The position numbers and the translations under genes were made by a program. A DNA stretch of 64,000 nucleotides from Tubulanus polymorphus (Eukaryota > Animalia > Nemertea), in contig NC_134028.1 in the NCBI RefSeq assembly GCF_964204645.1, positions 23,246,345-23,310,344 of the forward strand. Reading direction: 5' to 3'. The notes below the pieces were generated by a model. It did no database searches. It saw nothing but the letters and a program-made list of their open reading frames with translations, and was not told the origin of the DNA. This document shows, one piece after another, positions 21,621 to 36,800 of the stretch. Numbering within the stretch: the first letter of the stretch is position 1; the number at the start of each line of letters is the position of its first letter.

Positions 21621-24600
21621 ATGAGTGAATGACCGCAGAGAAAAGAATCGTAAAATAGACGAAATAAAGATTCGAGATTCGAGCTCGCACTGCTGTATGG
21701 TAATCATAGTCAGCGATGTCTTATTAGTCAAACATGCCGCAAAGGAGATGATGCAACATACACAAATTTGTCATATCTTCCAGGAGCTTATCCATCAATA
21801 AAGCTGACTGCCTTCTGTCCAGACATTCGGCAGACTCGATAGATAAAATCATAACCAGTGACAAGACCGACTTAAAGAGTCGGAAGACAAATTGTTATGT
21901 AAAGAATGTAAGGCTTCGTATTTCGTTGAATTGCTAGTCATGTGTGGTTGTGGACCCGGCTTTCATTAGCCAGATATGAATCAAGGAGAGTGATCCATAT
22001 ACAGTGTAGATGTACATTGTTATTTACCATGTCGATGGTCACGAGGGGTTTCTCAGAAATCGACTCACAGCGCGCGGCGCCGTCTCGGGTACGAACACGT
22101 TAAGTCGCCAGTAAGACTTTCACATTCAAACTAAATAGCGTTTGAATGAACTTTCCCAAGAATCTTATCAGCGGATGTTCAGTATTTGTAACAGCTTCAG
22201 CGTCATCGGTTTTCTCAGAAGTACAACGGCGCACCATCCCAAAATGCTTACCCTGCCCCATTACGTAGCGCCGAATCCTCGAGGATTGTTCATTCAGTAA
22301 GCTTTAGACACGGCCAAAATGATCTACCGCGTTCATTCCGATGTTGTAACTGTCTTGATTGACAATAAAAACTCGGTTTCAGCGCATTCGAACGCGACCG
22401 ACGAAAAAAGAGACCGACGCGAATTTCGATGGATATCAAGGAAAATGCGATCGTAAATTATCGAGAAAAGAATCGTTTACTTCAAGTAGTCCGTGATTTC
22501 AGGCGTCGCAAAAAAGAGCAAAAAAAACTTTCAATTCATCGCATCGGACTGATAGAACTAAACGAGTCATATCGTCGCTGGAAGTGAAACCGATGTTAAC
22601 GATCCTAATTAGCTAAAACATGTGTCCCAGATCCAATAAAACCAATCTATTCTACGACTAATCTGTGAACACAGCTTCTAATTCTTAACGATGTCAGTCA
22701 AAGTAATCGAGCTAATCACAGCGAAAAATAAACGGGACGGTAAAACTAGATTTTTTAGTGTACCTTCCTCGTCCTTCTTGCACCTGACTCCATACCCCAC
22801 ACGACTCCAGAGTTGAGGAGCTAGCAGAGCGATATTTTGTGCAAAAATGATTGTTTCATTCACTGAAATCGGTTCTACGGATCTTAGAGCTTTAAAGTGG
22901 ATCATCTACACTGATTGCTTTCTGTAAACAAGTGACTTTCTAATTCAATTAAAGAAAACCCCGAAAGACGAGCCATTTTCAAAACTGATTTGTTATTCAA
23001 GAGCTTACGACGGGCTTCTTTTGTATAAAAGATCAGCCTTGAAAATGACTCATATAATTAAGTCGAAACGTTAGTCAATCAGTTTCAAATCAGTTTTATA
23101 TTATTTGTATTTGGCTTTGTTTACTTTTGGATCTTCTTGAGATTTTAATCAGGGGTTAAACATGAAGGCTACAGGCACACCATTGTGCAATAGCAAACCG
23201 ATGGCTTTTATTGCTTCTAAAATGCCAAACGGTAGAATATCCCGCGCACTCTGCAAGGAGAACAGAGGATTTTGAAATCCGCTTATAAACAGGATTTTAA
23301 AGATTGAAATCAAATTTTATATCTAATAAGCTAAGAGGTCTAGAGTATCTTAACAATTCAACAAGATGAAAATTCAATTTTCCAAATGTATTCACAGCAA
23401 AAACTGTTCTACTTTCATATTATTGTATCGTACGGATTAAACAATTTCTAGTTTGTTACCTGTCACCTGCCAGTCTGTCACGTGTCTGTCTGTTTGTTAG
23501 TACTGTAACCGTAGATAACTTGTAAGACTCAGAAGATTTACTACACGTTCGTAAAGTCAACTTCTTGGAGTCTGTATCAAATTCAGACACAAACCAAGAG
23601 CGTCGAAAATAAAATCATCGTCAACTGTAAAATCCGAAATCCTAGTCTTCGTCATGTATATCGAGTGAGCTAGTTCCCGAAACAATGCGTCAACTCGTCG
23701 TCAGAAATTCATTTCGCGTTATTAAATATTCGCCATCATTTTGGTGGCGTTTGTTATTCAAGAGGACATCATAATTTGATAGCTCTGACATCGTCAATTT
23801 CAAGAGAAATACATATCTTCTTCACGAAGACTATGAATAGTAAGTAAAATGTTAATTTGGATTGTTGATCGGATGATAAAAATGTATCGGAAATGTAATA
23901 AAACGCTTATTAAAGATCATCAAAGTAAAGGTAAAGACTAAGCAATCGATATTAGGCATGTATATATAGATAATATGCGGGTTATTTCTATCTGATGATT
24001 GGTTTTATACAAACAACACGGTTTAAAAATATCCGATATTGCGACTATAAATAACTTTTACACTCGATTGAAACTCGTAAAATACGTGGAATAGACTCTC
24101 CTAAAAGCGAATATACACTGAGGAATGGAATGGCGCGATATAAACATCAAATGTCATCAAAGTCAAAACATTTACGCAGACTGGCAGACGGGGATACGTA
24201 CGTATGCAAGAATAAGAAATGGTGTATATCTTAGGAACACGGAATATTATTTAGTTTGAAGTTACGATTTGCTTAAAAGAACCTTGAAATCATTTCTCAT
24301 TGTCTGAGACCTCGCCTCCTCGGTATCTCTACCTTTGTCACAATATTCACATTAAGAATAGTAGTTTAATTGAAAATGAATACGAAGCCATTCCGAGTTT
24401 AGGCATACTTTGATATATTATCGGGAGAAATCGGGGTATAGCAACTACTCTGAAATAGTAGTGGTTATAGTAGTCAGGTCTTCGCGAGAAACACGAAAGT
24501 AAGGGAATTCATGGTCGAATCTGTAAGAAAGCCCAGACAAGTGTGTCGTGTGCACAGACGATCATCGATTCGCAGACGACATAATCAACCCCTATCAGTA

Positions 24601-27589
24601 AGAGGCGGTTGTGGCGTACACAGCATCATCAAATCTGATACATCAATTTAAAGTATGGATATATACTTCTTCTTTACGGGTGTCTAGGAATAAATTGACT
24701 GGGCCGTCGATGCCTAATCAACATTGATCACGATCGATTCCACCTGATTATAGATCACATTTTATTGATAGGCCGCTCGCTGCGCGCCGCAAAAATGTCA
24801 AACGGTTATTTTGCAAAACCGCGAGCGCCTAGAAATGTCACGTCATAAACAAACAATGCTGAAATCGCGGTACAGTAAATAACCTCGGAGCCAAAATCCT
24901 ATTTCCGATATAAGAATTGGTTCATAAGAGAAATAACCGATACTGATGTTTTGTTTTAATGTACATACACTTATAATTAATCTACACTATGAAATAAGAT
25001 CATTTTGATTCACTGATAATGTAAACGTTTGCACGATATATATCTATCTCCTTTTTTCATCAATGCATTTGTTTTTTCATGTTTTGTCGCTGAATTTCCT
25101 GAAGGAATTTCGGATAAACAGCCTTTATGGCTCTGCTCAGGCTCCTGTCATCTGTATATATGTACTTCACTGTTGGTAATCAAATTTGTTATTATCAATT
25201 TTGTAAATATTCACGCTGACAAATATTTTACTTACTTACAAAAATAGAAGCGTTATGAATATAATTCGTAAAATTCGATAGGATTAATTTTCTATAAAAA
25301 AAAAAATATCGATGATTGATGATTTTAATCAATCAGCGCTTCAGGCATATTGTATATCGGGTATAGATTGAGGTGTCGTAATCATCATGTTTTTCTAATA
25401 AATCAGGAATTACGCGAGGGAATGATTGATTCGCAGCAGTGAGAAAATACTAGGTGTAGATAACGAGAGACAGCAAATTGAAGAGAGTCTTCTAATGTAT
25501 CTTCACTCATCTTTATGCTAAATATTAATGTAATGTAATGTTTATTTCGTCAATAAAAATAATTAACAGTTATATGCAAACAAAATGGATAGTATATGAT
25601 AATCTATTGAGTCAAAAAAGACTGTAACCCTGAGAGATGGGATGGTACCTGGATAAAAAGGAGGGCAAGTTCTAATCATTCTAATCTAATTCCTTTCTTT
25701 GTTTGCACGCATTCATCCTATTTGTTTGGAAGCGTCATTTTTTTCTCTGTATCAATTTAACTCGTTGCTCAACTCATTTTGTCGTATGAAATCTTTATAT
25801 ACTGTTCTTCAGCCTCAGTCATTAATTTCATATTCATTGCGCCGTAATTTATGGATAACATTATTGGCTTTTTTTTACAATAAAGGGGAGGAAAAGAAAA
25901 CAGGAATTAAGTGTTAAAAACAAGAATGCAAAATTTATGGTTATTTGCTGGATGAATTTTGAATTGAATTGAATCGAATCTAAAATAAGGAAATACTGTA
26001 CGACGTTCAGCTATAACGTATTTTCAGACGCAACTGCGCGTATCAGTATAGAGCGGAGGAGTCAAATTGATACTATTACTGATAAGTCTTTCCGGTTGAC
26101 ATTCTATAAATGACTTAAGTGTAAATTTATTTCTCTCTATTTCCATCATATATTGAGTTACTGGAATGAAGATTCAGTAAGCTGATTATCAGCCATGCCT
26201 GTCCGTTGTTTGCGAAAATTCAATTCTACTTGTATCCCACCGATTGGTCTTTCAGTGCATCTGACCGGCACATTTGAATAGAAATTGATAATCGAATGTT
26301 TGGTTTGCCGCGCGTGATTTGGCGCGACAATGAACACATTCTCCGGAGATGTCGCTGCAGAGGCGACGCCCGAGGGTTGAGTATTGATCATACGCTGCAG
26401 AGGATGCAATAAACCTACATGTTCTTCCCTTGTTGAAGTTATGAAATTATGTATAGTGCATCAACTGGAGGCGGATCTATAGATAGATAGATAGATAGAT
26501 ACGTAGCTTTAATTTTCTGAAAAATTGTAACAAAATATATAAAATCATTCATCAGATACATAATGGGTGATCACTATCTCCCTGATCCTACACAAGAGCA
26601 CAGTTCACCCAGCCCTGGCAGAGGTTGCCTCCACAGTGATCTCCGTCACTCTCCGTCCTAGTGTTGTAACCAACTGTGGTACATTAGACACTAAGGTTCT
26701 TGGCGAAGAGCACAGATGCCAAACTCAGAGAGCTTGGAAACATACAGTGGTGTCAGGTGGTCCGCGTAGAACATTGACACTTATTCAGCGTAGCTGTCCT
26801 TTCTCATAGACAGCTTCTGGTGACACTGCCAGTGACCTATTAACTCAAACAGTTGTTACACTAACATATTTCAAAGTGACGAAGGTCTCTCTTTCCCTCT
26901 CTCTCCAGGCGGTCAGAACAAACTCGCTGATTGTCCCCGACTTTTCGAACTGATTGACAGAATCAAATGTACTTTTCACTGTTTTCTATCTCACCGTTGA
27001 CGCGTGTTTGCTTACTCGAGATAACCTTGTCACCGATGATTGCCTATTACCGAATCAAAACAGACTTCAGATTGTTTACCGCTCATCTGGAATAGGAAAC
27101 CAATCAACCGCGAATGTATCTGCGCGATTCAGTATTATCGTGTCTGGTGTTCGGTGATTGCAAACCTGTGGCTCTTAAATCCACCAACTTTTACGAGTTA
27201 AGCCTCTTATTTCAGTAGCGAGGCCCTGCTGTGGTCTGTTCCATTATACAAACTTCGTAGACTCTTAACGACATCGGGCGGCGCCGTTTAACCGAAGTAA
27301 TTGGCTTTTTAAATCGGAAAATTTCGCATCGGAAATCGTTAGATCTCTACGTACAGTAAGTCTGTATCAGATAATACAAAGCATGGATCTAGGGAAAATT
27401 GGACGGTGGGGGTCTATAAGGAAAGAAAGGGCATTCATTGGATAACGCAGCCACCAATACGACAGGTCCCCCCTCACAAGTTTTAGAAATTTGCGAATAA
27501 GATATTCGAAAAGATATAAATTCGAGAGAATGAGTGTCAAATTTTAAGGCGTTCATGATCTTCGTCCTGATGTTCAAAGGGTATAACCT

Positions 27590-27725
27590 CGATGGAAAGG
27601 CGGTGTTCTGGAGGATCCCGAACATACCCTCAGATCACCAGGGATTCGAACCCGATGGTTTCGAGACTGCCGCAGCACGATATCTGAGTAGTCTAGCGAT
27701 GCCATTCGAATACCTGCCGAGGAAC
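27590..27725 (-). mobile_element. Possible tRNA-derived SINE remnant
   Basis: Pol III B-box GGTTCGAATCCC on the minus strand (~27641-27652). No complete cloverleaf; boundaries approximate. Confidence 0.35.
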
Positions 27726-29074
27726 GGATACCCCCATTATGAAATGCTTTGACCTTGAAATGTTCGAGCGGTTCCACCCACTTCATTCTAAACAGTTACA
27801 GAAAAACCGATAATATTGACATTTTCACGAACTCTTGAATGTTGTATTTTGACATTTGACAGACGGAAATGATTTCTATTTAATCTACGGATTATTAAGC
27901 GTTCGTTCTTTTTAATGTCGATTTTCACCGACAATCAATGCAGACCCGTCTGTCAAAGTAACGATTTCAAATCCGAAATCGATACGGCAAATTGACGATC
28001 GAAAAATGTAATCTTTTCCTAAGTCGAAACGCGCGAATTCGAATTTGCGCCGATTCATCAATGGACTCGAGACGCTTCTTAGAAAACCAATTGTTTGCGT
28101 GGAATTTGGAGTGAACCCTTTCATATTTATACCCCCTTGGATGGTGAGTATTCTGAGCGCCCCGAAAATGGAAGAACTATTATCAAAGACGCTCTCCAGA
28201 AACAGGTGATGACTTGCAAAGGATGTCTTGAGCTGTGCTGATGGGAGTCGATATCATGGAGGGGTTGGGGTTGGGTGGATTTCACGTGATGGGTCGAAAC
28301 GTCCCAGATGCACTGATAAATCCACTATACATAAAGCGAAGTCGGGGCCGAAATCTTCGTTATCGAAACAAAAACATTTCGAAATGATAACAAAATAGCG
28401 TCACACAAACGCCATAACTTGAGTAGATATTGGTTTGTTCATCAAAGCAGGACTGTTGAATATCAGATCAAAGAACCTAGATCCATTTTACTGCGACAGG
28501 TACGTATATATGTACAATTACTTCCATTTGCAGACAGGTTGCGACCAGTCTGACCACAGAGGTCGTCCGCCCAAGGTGATACGGATAATCAATAGTCGTC
28601 TGGGATGATGGACTAAAAGATGTTCCGAATGGCCACGAAGAGCTATAATTGTCACCTCGACGTGATAAACTGCCTTCTGATGAACGCTTTTCTGCAACGA
28701 TCATGTGCACTAGCCTAGTATTACAAGAACTATGGATTCGATATCTATTTCTAGACAGACGTATGTATTTGGTATCTCTGCTGGTGAATTTGGTGTTAGG
28801 TGTCATTGAAAATGCGAAACACAATCCTGACGGGGTTTCAATAAGGTGAATCTATGTGTTATTACATGTGCTAGATATCGAGTATTGTAACTGCTGGTGA
28901 CACTAACTAATCACCACCGAGGATTTGCCACAAGTCGCATATCAAGGCTACTTCATGAAATCGATGTTGAATTCCAGCTCCGCGAACTAAATAAACCAAC
29001 GCATCAACGATGATACCAGCGACAAATATCGAAAGCGTCTAAAACGCGGTTCGGTGTGTGTTTGTAATACTTAC

Positions 29075-29172
29075 TCGGTATTCGATTGATCGCCCTCAAA
29101 GGTCTCAGCACGCGAATCGTTCTTATCGCTGACAAACTCAAGTTTTCGGTATCGATCGTATATTCCACCGTG
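29075..29172 (-). CDS. Cav3: Cav3 exon, IS3-S4 loop and IS4 voltage sensor ([33 protein letters not shown]), 98 nt
   Basis: atttacag| acceptor, |gtaagt donor, Arg at every third position, phases fit both neighbours. Confidence 0.97.
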
Positions 29173-32100
29173 CTGTAAATAAACAAGCATCCGACAGTTA
29201 GTTGAAACACAATTCATGAATATGACGAAGAGGTTGTTTGGGGATTTAAAAGATGCTCGGGGAGGGGGATGGGGCGAATATATATATATATATCGTATAT
29301 AGTTAGAGTAAGCTTTTTTTGTGGGAATCAAGGCCGCGGAAATGTTTACGAACAACAGTAAAACATCGTCAAAGCAGTTCATTGTAGGCATAGATTAGAA
29401 TCGATTAAGCTTCGACACAACATTTCATTTTATAAAGTCAGCGTTTTGAAGTTTGAAGATTTAAGAGTTTCAGTTTGAAGAACACGATGAGGCCCTGCGG
29501 ACATCGTTTAATGAAAAAGAGAAGAGAGTTTGTGAGAAGAGAAGAAGAAGGAGGAACGGGTAAACGGTATGTAGGTGTAATCAATTCCGCACGAGGCAAA
29601 TTTTAAGGGTTCGTTCCTTTTTTATTCTAAATCGGCTAAAAGTCATCATGCATATACGTCGTTGGTGCAATCCACTGCAAGAAAAGCCAACACGCTACAA
29701 CACGAATGGTTGGTGGTAACCCCCGAGGAAATAATATCCCGCTATTTTTACACAAAGGTGCAAAAAAACCATCAAAAATGTGAGAATCTTCCTGAAAATT
29801 CATTGAAAATGACATATATTACTGTATGAACTATGGTTGAATTTGTTGTGTATGGGATTGCAGTGCTGTTCGGCGGCTACATATTCTATCAGATATATAA
29901 CACTCAATGTAACGTTTCGTTTATACACGTAAAGATATGTCAACATTTCTTGAGAAATGGAGTGCACTCAGTCGTAAATCCATCACCAAGAGGACATATT
30001 CTTAAAATCGATGACACGAATGCTCCTTTGATAGCGAAACAAGTACCATTGCGATCTCTTCAGTGCTAGACAGTGAATCCAGCACAATTTTTACCGAAAT
30101 CATCATCATCATCATCATCATCGTCATTGTTGAATAAGCATCTTTTTAATCTGTCACTTGTTGAAAAGAGAAATCACTCATTTAACCTAAAAAAACGTGT
30201 TTAGATTGCATCACGAGCAAGATTCGCCATAGTTTATAGAATAAGATGATTGAGGTGTATTGATGCTATCCGTGAAAAATGGCCGATTGTTTTTATCTCG
30301 ATTCCCAAAAGCTGCTGAAGTCGGGTAACAATAATAAGCAAAGAGCACATCTGCTAGAAGGTCAAGGTCATTTTAGTATGTATACCAGTATATACAAAGC
30401 AGGACGAGCGAGCCAAAATGCAAGCTGATTTTAAGTCATTTTGTCATCAAGAAATTGATCGATTATTATTTTTGCTTTATTTAGATTCATCTGTTTCATC
30501 TGTTTTACAATACGTCAATTGGAGTTCATACATTATGATGCATGAATGTTGAGAAATATGATACGAATGCAACATGTAAGTAGGAAGAGTGACTGACTTA
30601 TCTGCCGATGCATTATGGGCTCATTAGATAGCTGTTAATGTTAAATTACCAATATCCTGGACAATGCTACATTATATACAACACGATACCATATGCCTTT
30701 ATCATAATTGTATTATATATACATTATCATGATGATGGATACACAAATTAAACAATTTCCTGAACCATGCTTCATAAATACTGATTATTAAGTTTCCAGT
30801 CGCTGCGAACATAATCTATATCTATACGCTTTAGAACCTTGGTGCTCGAATATATCGTGTTATACTTGTAATGAGTGTATTAAGTTAAAAGACGAAAACT
30901 TTTACGTCAAAATTTTAGAAAAAAAGAAGTCAAAGAATGATAAAATCTGAATTAAGTGAGATAAAAGGATTCGGTAATTGAAAAATTCATTTGAAAATTA
31001 CGTTTAAAAAAGCGAAATTTGAGGTAAAATCATCTTTTTTTAGATATTTTAATTATCGAAGAAATGTCGATAAAAATTCATGCAAAAAATTCAATTATAT
31101 CAAAAGAAATATTTATAGTATTTATAGTAAAAAACGATTTATTTGAAAAATATTCAGTTTAGTTTTTTTTTTCATTTTGACCACCATAGCCATTAAACAT
31201 GTAAAGCCATAGTTTGTTATCATTTCATCGCCCGGTAAACAACACCGTTTAAAGATATAGAGAGATAGAGAGGGAGAGAGAGCAAGTATATCATAGATAT
31301 AAGTATCAACAAATACCATCGAATTTCCAGTTATAATTATTGCATATAATGATTAAAAGCGAGCGTATCCGTTGAAAATATTACCATAACAGCAAAATAT
31401 TAAAACAAAAATCTGGTAATTTTTTTTGGATTTTTTATTGTACCTGAAAATTGGTGAACAGAAATTATCAATTAGTACATAGTACGATGTATAGGAAATG
31501 AATACAGGATGAATGACCGGTTGAAATGGACGCGGAGGTTTCACAAGATTATACGTCGCTATGTATGGTGGAAATAATCACTGAATACGCTCATATCGAA
31601 GTATGGCGACATGCAAGGTGTAAAGAACGCCATGCAGCGAAGAAGCATGCAAACATTTAGGAATGAATATAACTGGAAGAAATAATAGGCTAAAACCTTA
31701 CTTGTTGACTACATACTCAGCCACGCTTCATTAAAAGGAAAAAATCAACAAATTATAAAAGACGCTCCAAAAAAACCTCAGCACCGCCGGTAGGGTATTC
31801 TACACTATAGCGTTTGGGTTGGATTCGGTTCTAAAAGCCCAAACACGACATCAGTGTCTCGATTGATGGACGTTTCACGTACGTCCAGTCCATCAATCTA
31901 ACACTGTCTAAATTCCGAAAAGCAGAGCGCTGTGCTGGATCTTTTAGAAGAAAACTGCCTCGTAATTAAACTTAATTCTGAAAATCAAACCATAATTTGA
32001 ATGGATTATTTGATTGCTCATAATTTTCCTCGCAATTTCGTTTCTGACACGGGTCATCTTTGAAATATCCAGCCTTTATGTAACATTTACTAATCAGTAA

Positions 32101-33486
32101 ATATCTATCTATCAAATATATGACACAGTGCTGCTTTCTAAAAACTCAGATCATTTCAAGTAAGTAGAAAAACAGTTGAAGAAATCATAAATATGACAAA
32201 TTCAGAAAGTGTCGTTCGGATATTGAATATATTCATAAGCATTGATCATTGCATTACACATAAAAATGTGACGATTAACTAGAAATCAAAATCGATGACA
32301 TTATCTCGAGTGAAGTTTTGGATCCTCGCCAGAAAATAAGTCAAAAATGTGTTCAAAATTAATATAATATAATGATAATAACCAAGAGATTTTAGTAATA
32401 AATATATCGATAAATGATAATGATATTGATTATATTAAAACATAGAAAATGAATTGATTTTCACTATCGATGAATGTCTACAGAAATTGTTGGTTGGTGA
32501 CGTAAATGGTGGGTTATATTCGGTCATGAAGACGTTTTCTTTTGTATTGACAAAGATGATAAAGACACGAGGAGCTAATGATGGATGATTACGCGAATAA
32601 TCGCTATAATGACCACAATGATGACTTCAACATGATGTCTCGTCTCCACTGTTTGTTACATAATGGAGATAGTGGCAAAGTTACTGTGGCAATTGACGAT
32701 CCACTAGGGGCGCTAGTGTCGAGTTTTCTCACACAATTCGATTGAAATCGATCCAAACTTTTCTGAATAAATCATGCATCGTATTAGCGCTTGAAGCTTG
32801 TATATCTATGTGATATGAACTAGTCTCAAGACCTGCGGTATGACTGACTTTCCAGCAACTCTATATGGTAGAATTGGTGGTGCTGCCACAACCCCATTAT
32901 TGAGAAAGGATTTACCGATGTTCCCGGGGACAAAAATGATTCGTTGATGGGATGATTAAAAAGAGCTCCAATGTGACTGAATATTCTAGAAAAGACGTAG
33001 GATTTTGATAGGATTAGATCTATGTAGTATGAAATAAACTGTATGTCAGTCTGACAAGTAAAATTCTGCCTTGTCCTTCAAGTGGACACCATCACCACCA
33101 ACATACATAATATAAGGGCTAATATAATGATAAAGTGCAACTCTAACACAAACATGTGTGACCATATATTCGGTGATTATCCCAACCACAAAAAAAACAT
33201 CGGGATCAATGTCATTTTTCATCAATTGTTTCTACAACAGTTGACCAATTTATAAGAAAGATCTGGAATATTTCATCAGATGTAATAACTGTTGTGAATG
33301 TATATACATGTATCTTCACACACATAAATCATGGATTCGCCTCGCTAAAAACAGAACAGACACATACATACATAACGCATCGTGTTCCCTTATGATTTTT
33401 AGAAAAAGACTATTCTTAAAATCTCTTAGTGTATATATATTCTATTAACCACCCTGTAGCATGCAAATTAAATGGCATGGCAGGTC

Positions 33487-33875
33487 CGGCCACGGTACGA
33501 AACCTGCGCATCTCGACCTCGCTTTCCACGCCAACCCAAACCCTGGCCGCAAACCCTTCGTTGGTCTATTACATTTAAGATTTCTTAGGCGGAGGTTGCT
33601 GCTAAACGGTCACCAGTCAATTAAAACACCAACGTGTTATGCCAATCAGATGAGTTCACCTACACATTCGCTACGCATCTGATTGGCTAGACTTATTGCT
33701 GGTGGCCGCTTAGCGGCAACTTGTCCGCCCAAGAAATCTTGGTCAATATAATACACCAATGAAGGGTTTGCGGCCAGAGTTTGTATTGGCGTGAGCTCCG
33801 GCTGTCGAACCCTGACAAATGAGGGCGGCGCATCTGCGCACTCGGCTATTCGGGCAGGGTTTCGTGCCATGGCCG
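33487..33875. mobile_element. Long foldback (imperfect palindromic) element, MITE-like
   Basis: Arms pair across most of the element: 33543-33571 vs 33749-33777 (27/29) and 33641-33655 vs 33673-33687 (14/15). Loop about 33656-33672. Confidence 0.85.
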
Positions 33876-36800
33876 AGGGAGGATGGCAAATATATGGCAT
33901 TGCACAAATCGATACATGCTCAATAAACTTCTTTATATCTACCACTCTGACTGTAAGACAGAACTGCCAATCAATTGGTTGTCATATTCTCGTAGAAACA
34001 CTAAATATATGGACACATACACGGTTTTCTGTGTCAGGTTTGTTCGTAAGGACTGACATTTAAGAAAGAAAGATCCGGCCATTATTCACATCAGCTCGAA
34101 AACTGGGATGCCCTAGCGAACAAACCTGATCGAATCAATGTGATTGTTGCACTATAAACTACTAAGATCTAACTAACACTTTATAATATATAAACTGATA
34201 TCATTATCAATAACGTAAAAGTGCGCATTCAGGTGCCGTTTGGTGATAGCTGATAGTTCAGACAGTCATCGACGGGGAGTCGGGGATATCATCAACATCG
34301 GGTAACACCAACTTCATTTGAAAAACTGTAGTGGGGATTGATTTGACATTGGAAATGATAAAAATCATGAACGAGTTGAGAGATAGTTTTGCTAGAAATT
34401 AAAACTGAAAAAAAATAAAACCGATTTGATGTTTGACATAAAAACAATTTCGGGTGAAAAGTTGCTTGACTTTCAGGGTTAGGAGTCCATGCTCGAAACG
34501 GAATGAATTTTTCTGATAATGGCGGATCAACATGCAAAATACCATGCTATGAGTAGACTACAGTTAGGGCTGAAATCCATCAGCTGCAACGATACAAGGT
34601 TCGGTCGATCCGAAACTAGCACAATAAAACAAAACAACGATGTTTTTGCTCCGTGGTTTCGTTAACTGCAACTTGTATCATCTTGAAAGAGTTAATTCAT
34701 CCCTCTTATCAATGATTTAATTGATTCGATGTCTAATTGTGTCCCTCAAAGACACCTACTGGGAACGTATCAGGTGGTTTGATTTTGAAATCGGGAAGAA
34801 TAAATTAAGTTTGATGATATTAAACAAATCCGTTGACGTCGAAATATTACATTACATATAATAGTTGAGCCAATGATCTGATGACGAATGATAACACGTC
34901 TAAATCATGCAATAATATGGAAAATTCGTTAATTTTGACGGTAAATGCAACATCAAGAAGTTTGACCGAATCAAAAAACTTAAGAAAAAAGAAAAAAACA
35001 CAGGATGAGTAATAAATGCATTGCGATGAATTCTAAAAAATAAGTTGTATGACATTTACATCAAAAACGGACATCGAAGCCTTAGGGAAAGCAGTACAAC
35101 AGACATGTCGTATAGAAACTAAGTTCAAGAAACAGATACAAAAATATATTATATCAACATCTATGAAAACATGGACAGCACTGTAGCATATATGAAAAAC
35201 AAAACATGGGACATTTCAGATTAGAAATTTCATGCTGGGATTTTAAAAACTTCGGGATGCAGAAAAACACATTATCATAGATACTTTATCGGTTTATGAG
35301 TTCATTGAGTTTTATTAATCAGTTCAATCCGATATTGTAACCTAAATGGTCTTTTTAAAACGAATTTATGTATTTTAGCTTTTAGCAGGCGCGCGTAAGC
35401 CATCGCGTCAATGAGCATTGCGTTTTATTGCCACGACGGCCTCATGGGCAAAATCTCATGACGACGACTTTCTCAAATTGTTGATGTTAATCGAGTAACC
35501 ATGGAAACCAGGAAAATCGCGGCTAGGGAATCCGTTTGTTGAAATAATTTTCGTCAATTTTTAACGTTATTTTCAAATTGAAACCCGACACATTCAGCGC
35601 TAATAAATCGCTGAAAGACGTTCCTTATTCATAATTTAAGGCAGTCTTAATTAGCATTATATCAATGGCTTCGACAATCCCTTTGAATGCTGCAAGAAAT
35701 CTAAGAAATGAATAGCATTTTCATTAACAATGATACTCGAGTTGAGAAATGCCAATGGATGCCGAGTGAGTTTCTTAGATAGATCTCGCAAATCGACGAA
35801 AACTAACATTAAGCTTTTATTGCGCATATTCTCGAAATACGGTCTATACTTTCGAAAACAATTTCAAATCATACAATCGTATACAAGTGACGTAATCGTA
35901 TCGTGCAAAGCGGTTGAATCGACCCGGTAGAATCTGTAAAGTACATTTGACTCCTGCAAGGAAAAATATCTAATTCTACTTTGTATCATGCATATGAAAT
36001 AGTAAATGTATATATATATATATACATATATATAAAGAGTGATAAAACTATAAAAGCCGCTTTTATTTGAAAACATGATCATCACAATCCATGCATTATA
36101 AATTGTATGAAATGCTATGTTACTAAAATTGTGCAGATTAAAGGGTGAAATGTTATCGAAGAGGTCCGTGTGCAAATAAATATTCCTTCTAAATGTCTCC
36201 TAAAATGTGTTAGCGAATACGCGGTTAAAATCGACGATAAACTGGAATGAATTGAATTTTAAGTCACTGTTCTTTTCTTTCTCGCTGTTTTTTATCTTTA
36301 AATAGGGATTGACTCTGTTATTTGTTTGATTGGTAGATTTCAATTGATCTTTTTTTTTATTTGGTGCACCTTATAAACCCACCACACCTGCCGGGATCGA
36401 AACAGGGAGTTTGGTTTTGAAGTCGGAAATCGAAGTACAGATATAGTTGTATGATCGGCGGTCGAGTTTTTTTTTGTTTCAGACACTGCTCTTGTGGAGA
36501 AAAATGGCTGCCGAAACTGGTCATCTAGACTAAGTATTGGTTCGTACAAAGCCTATCGAAAACTGTAGCAGACGAAATTATGGAGATAATATTGACTCAA
36601 TTTATACGTAACATTGTTCCAACGTATGATGATTAAGTTTAAGATGTTGGCAATCATGATCATATTGTGTCTAGAATAACGGATGTGTCGTCGTAGAAAC
36701 CGAATAGATATATAGTTATATATATGCATGGTCATAAATCGCGTTGACACCTGCAAAAGTCGAAACGCAGGTGACTTTGAACAGTGATCTAAAATTTCAT

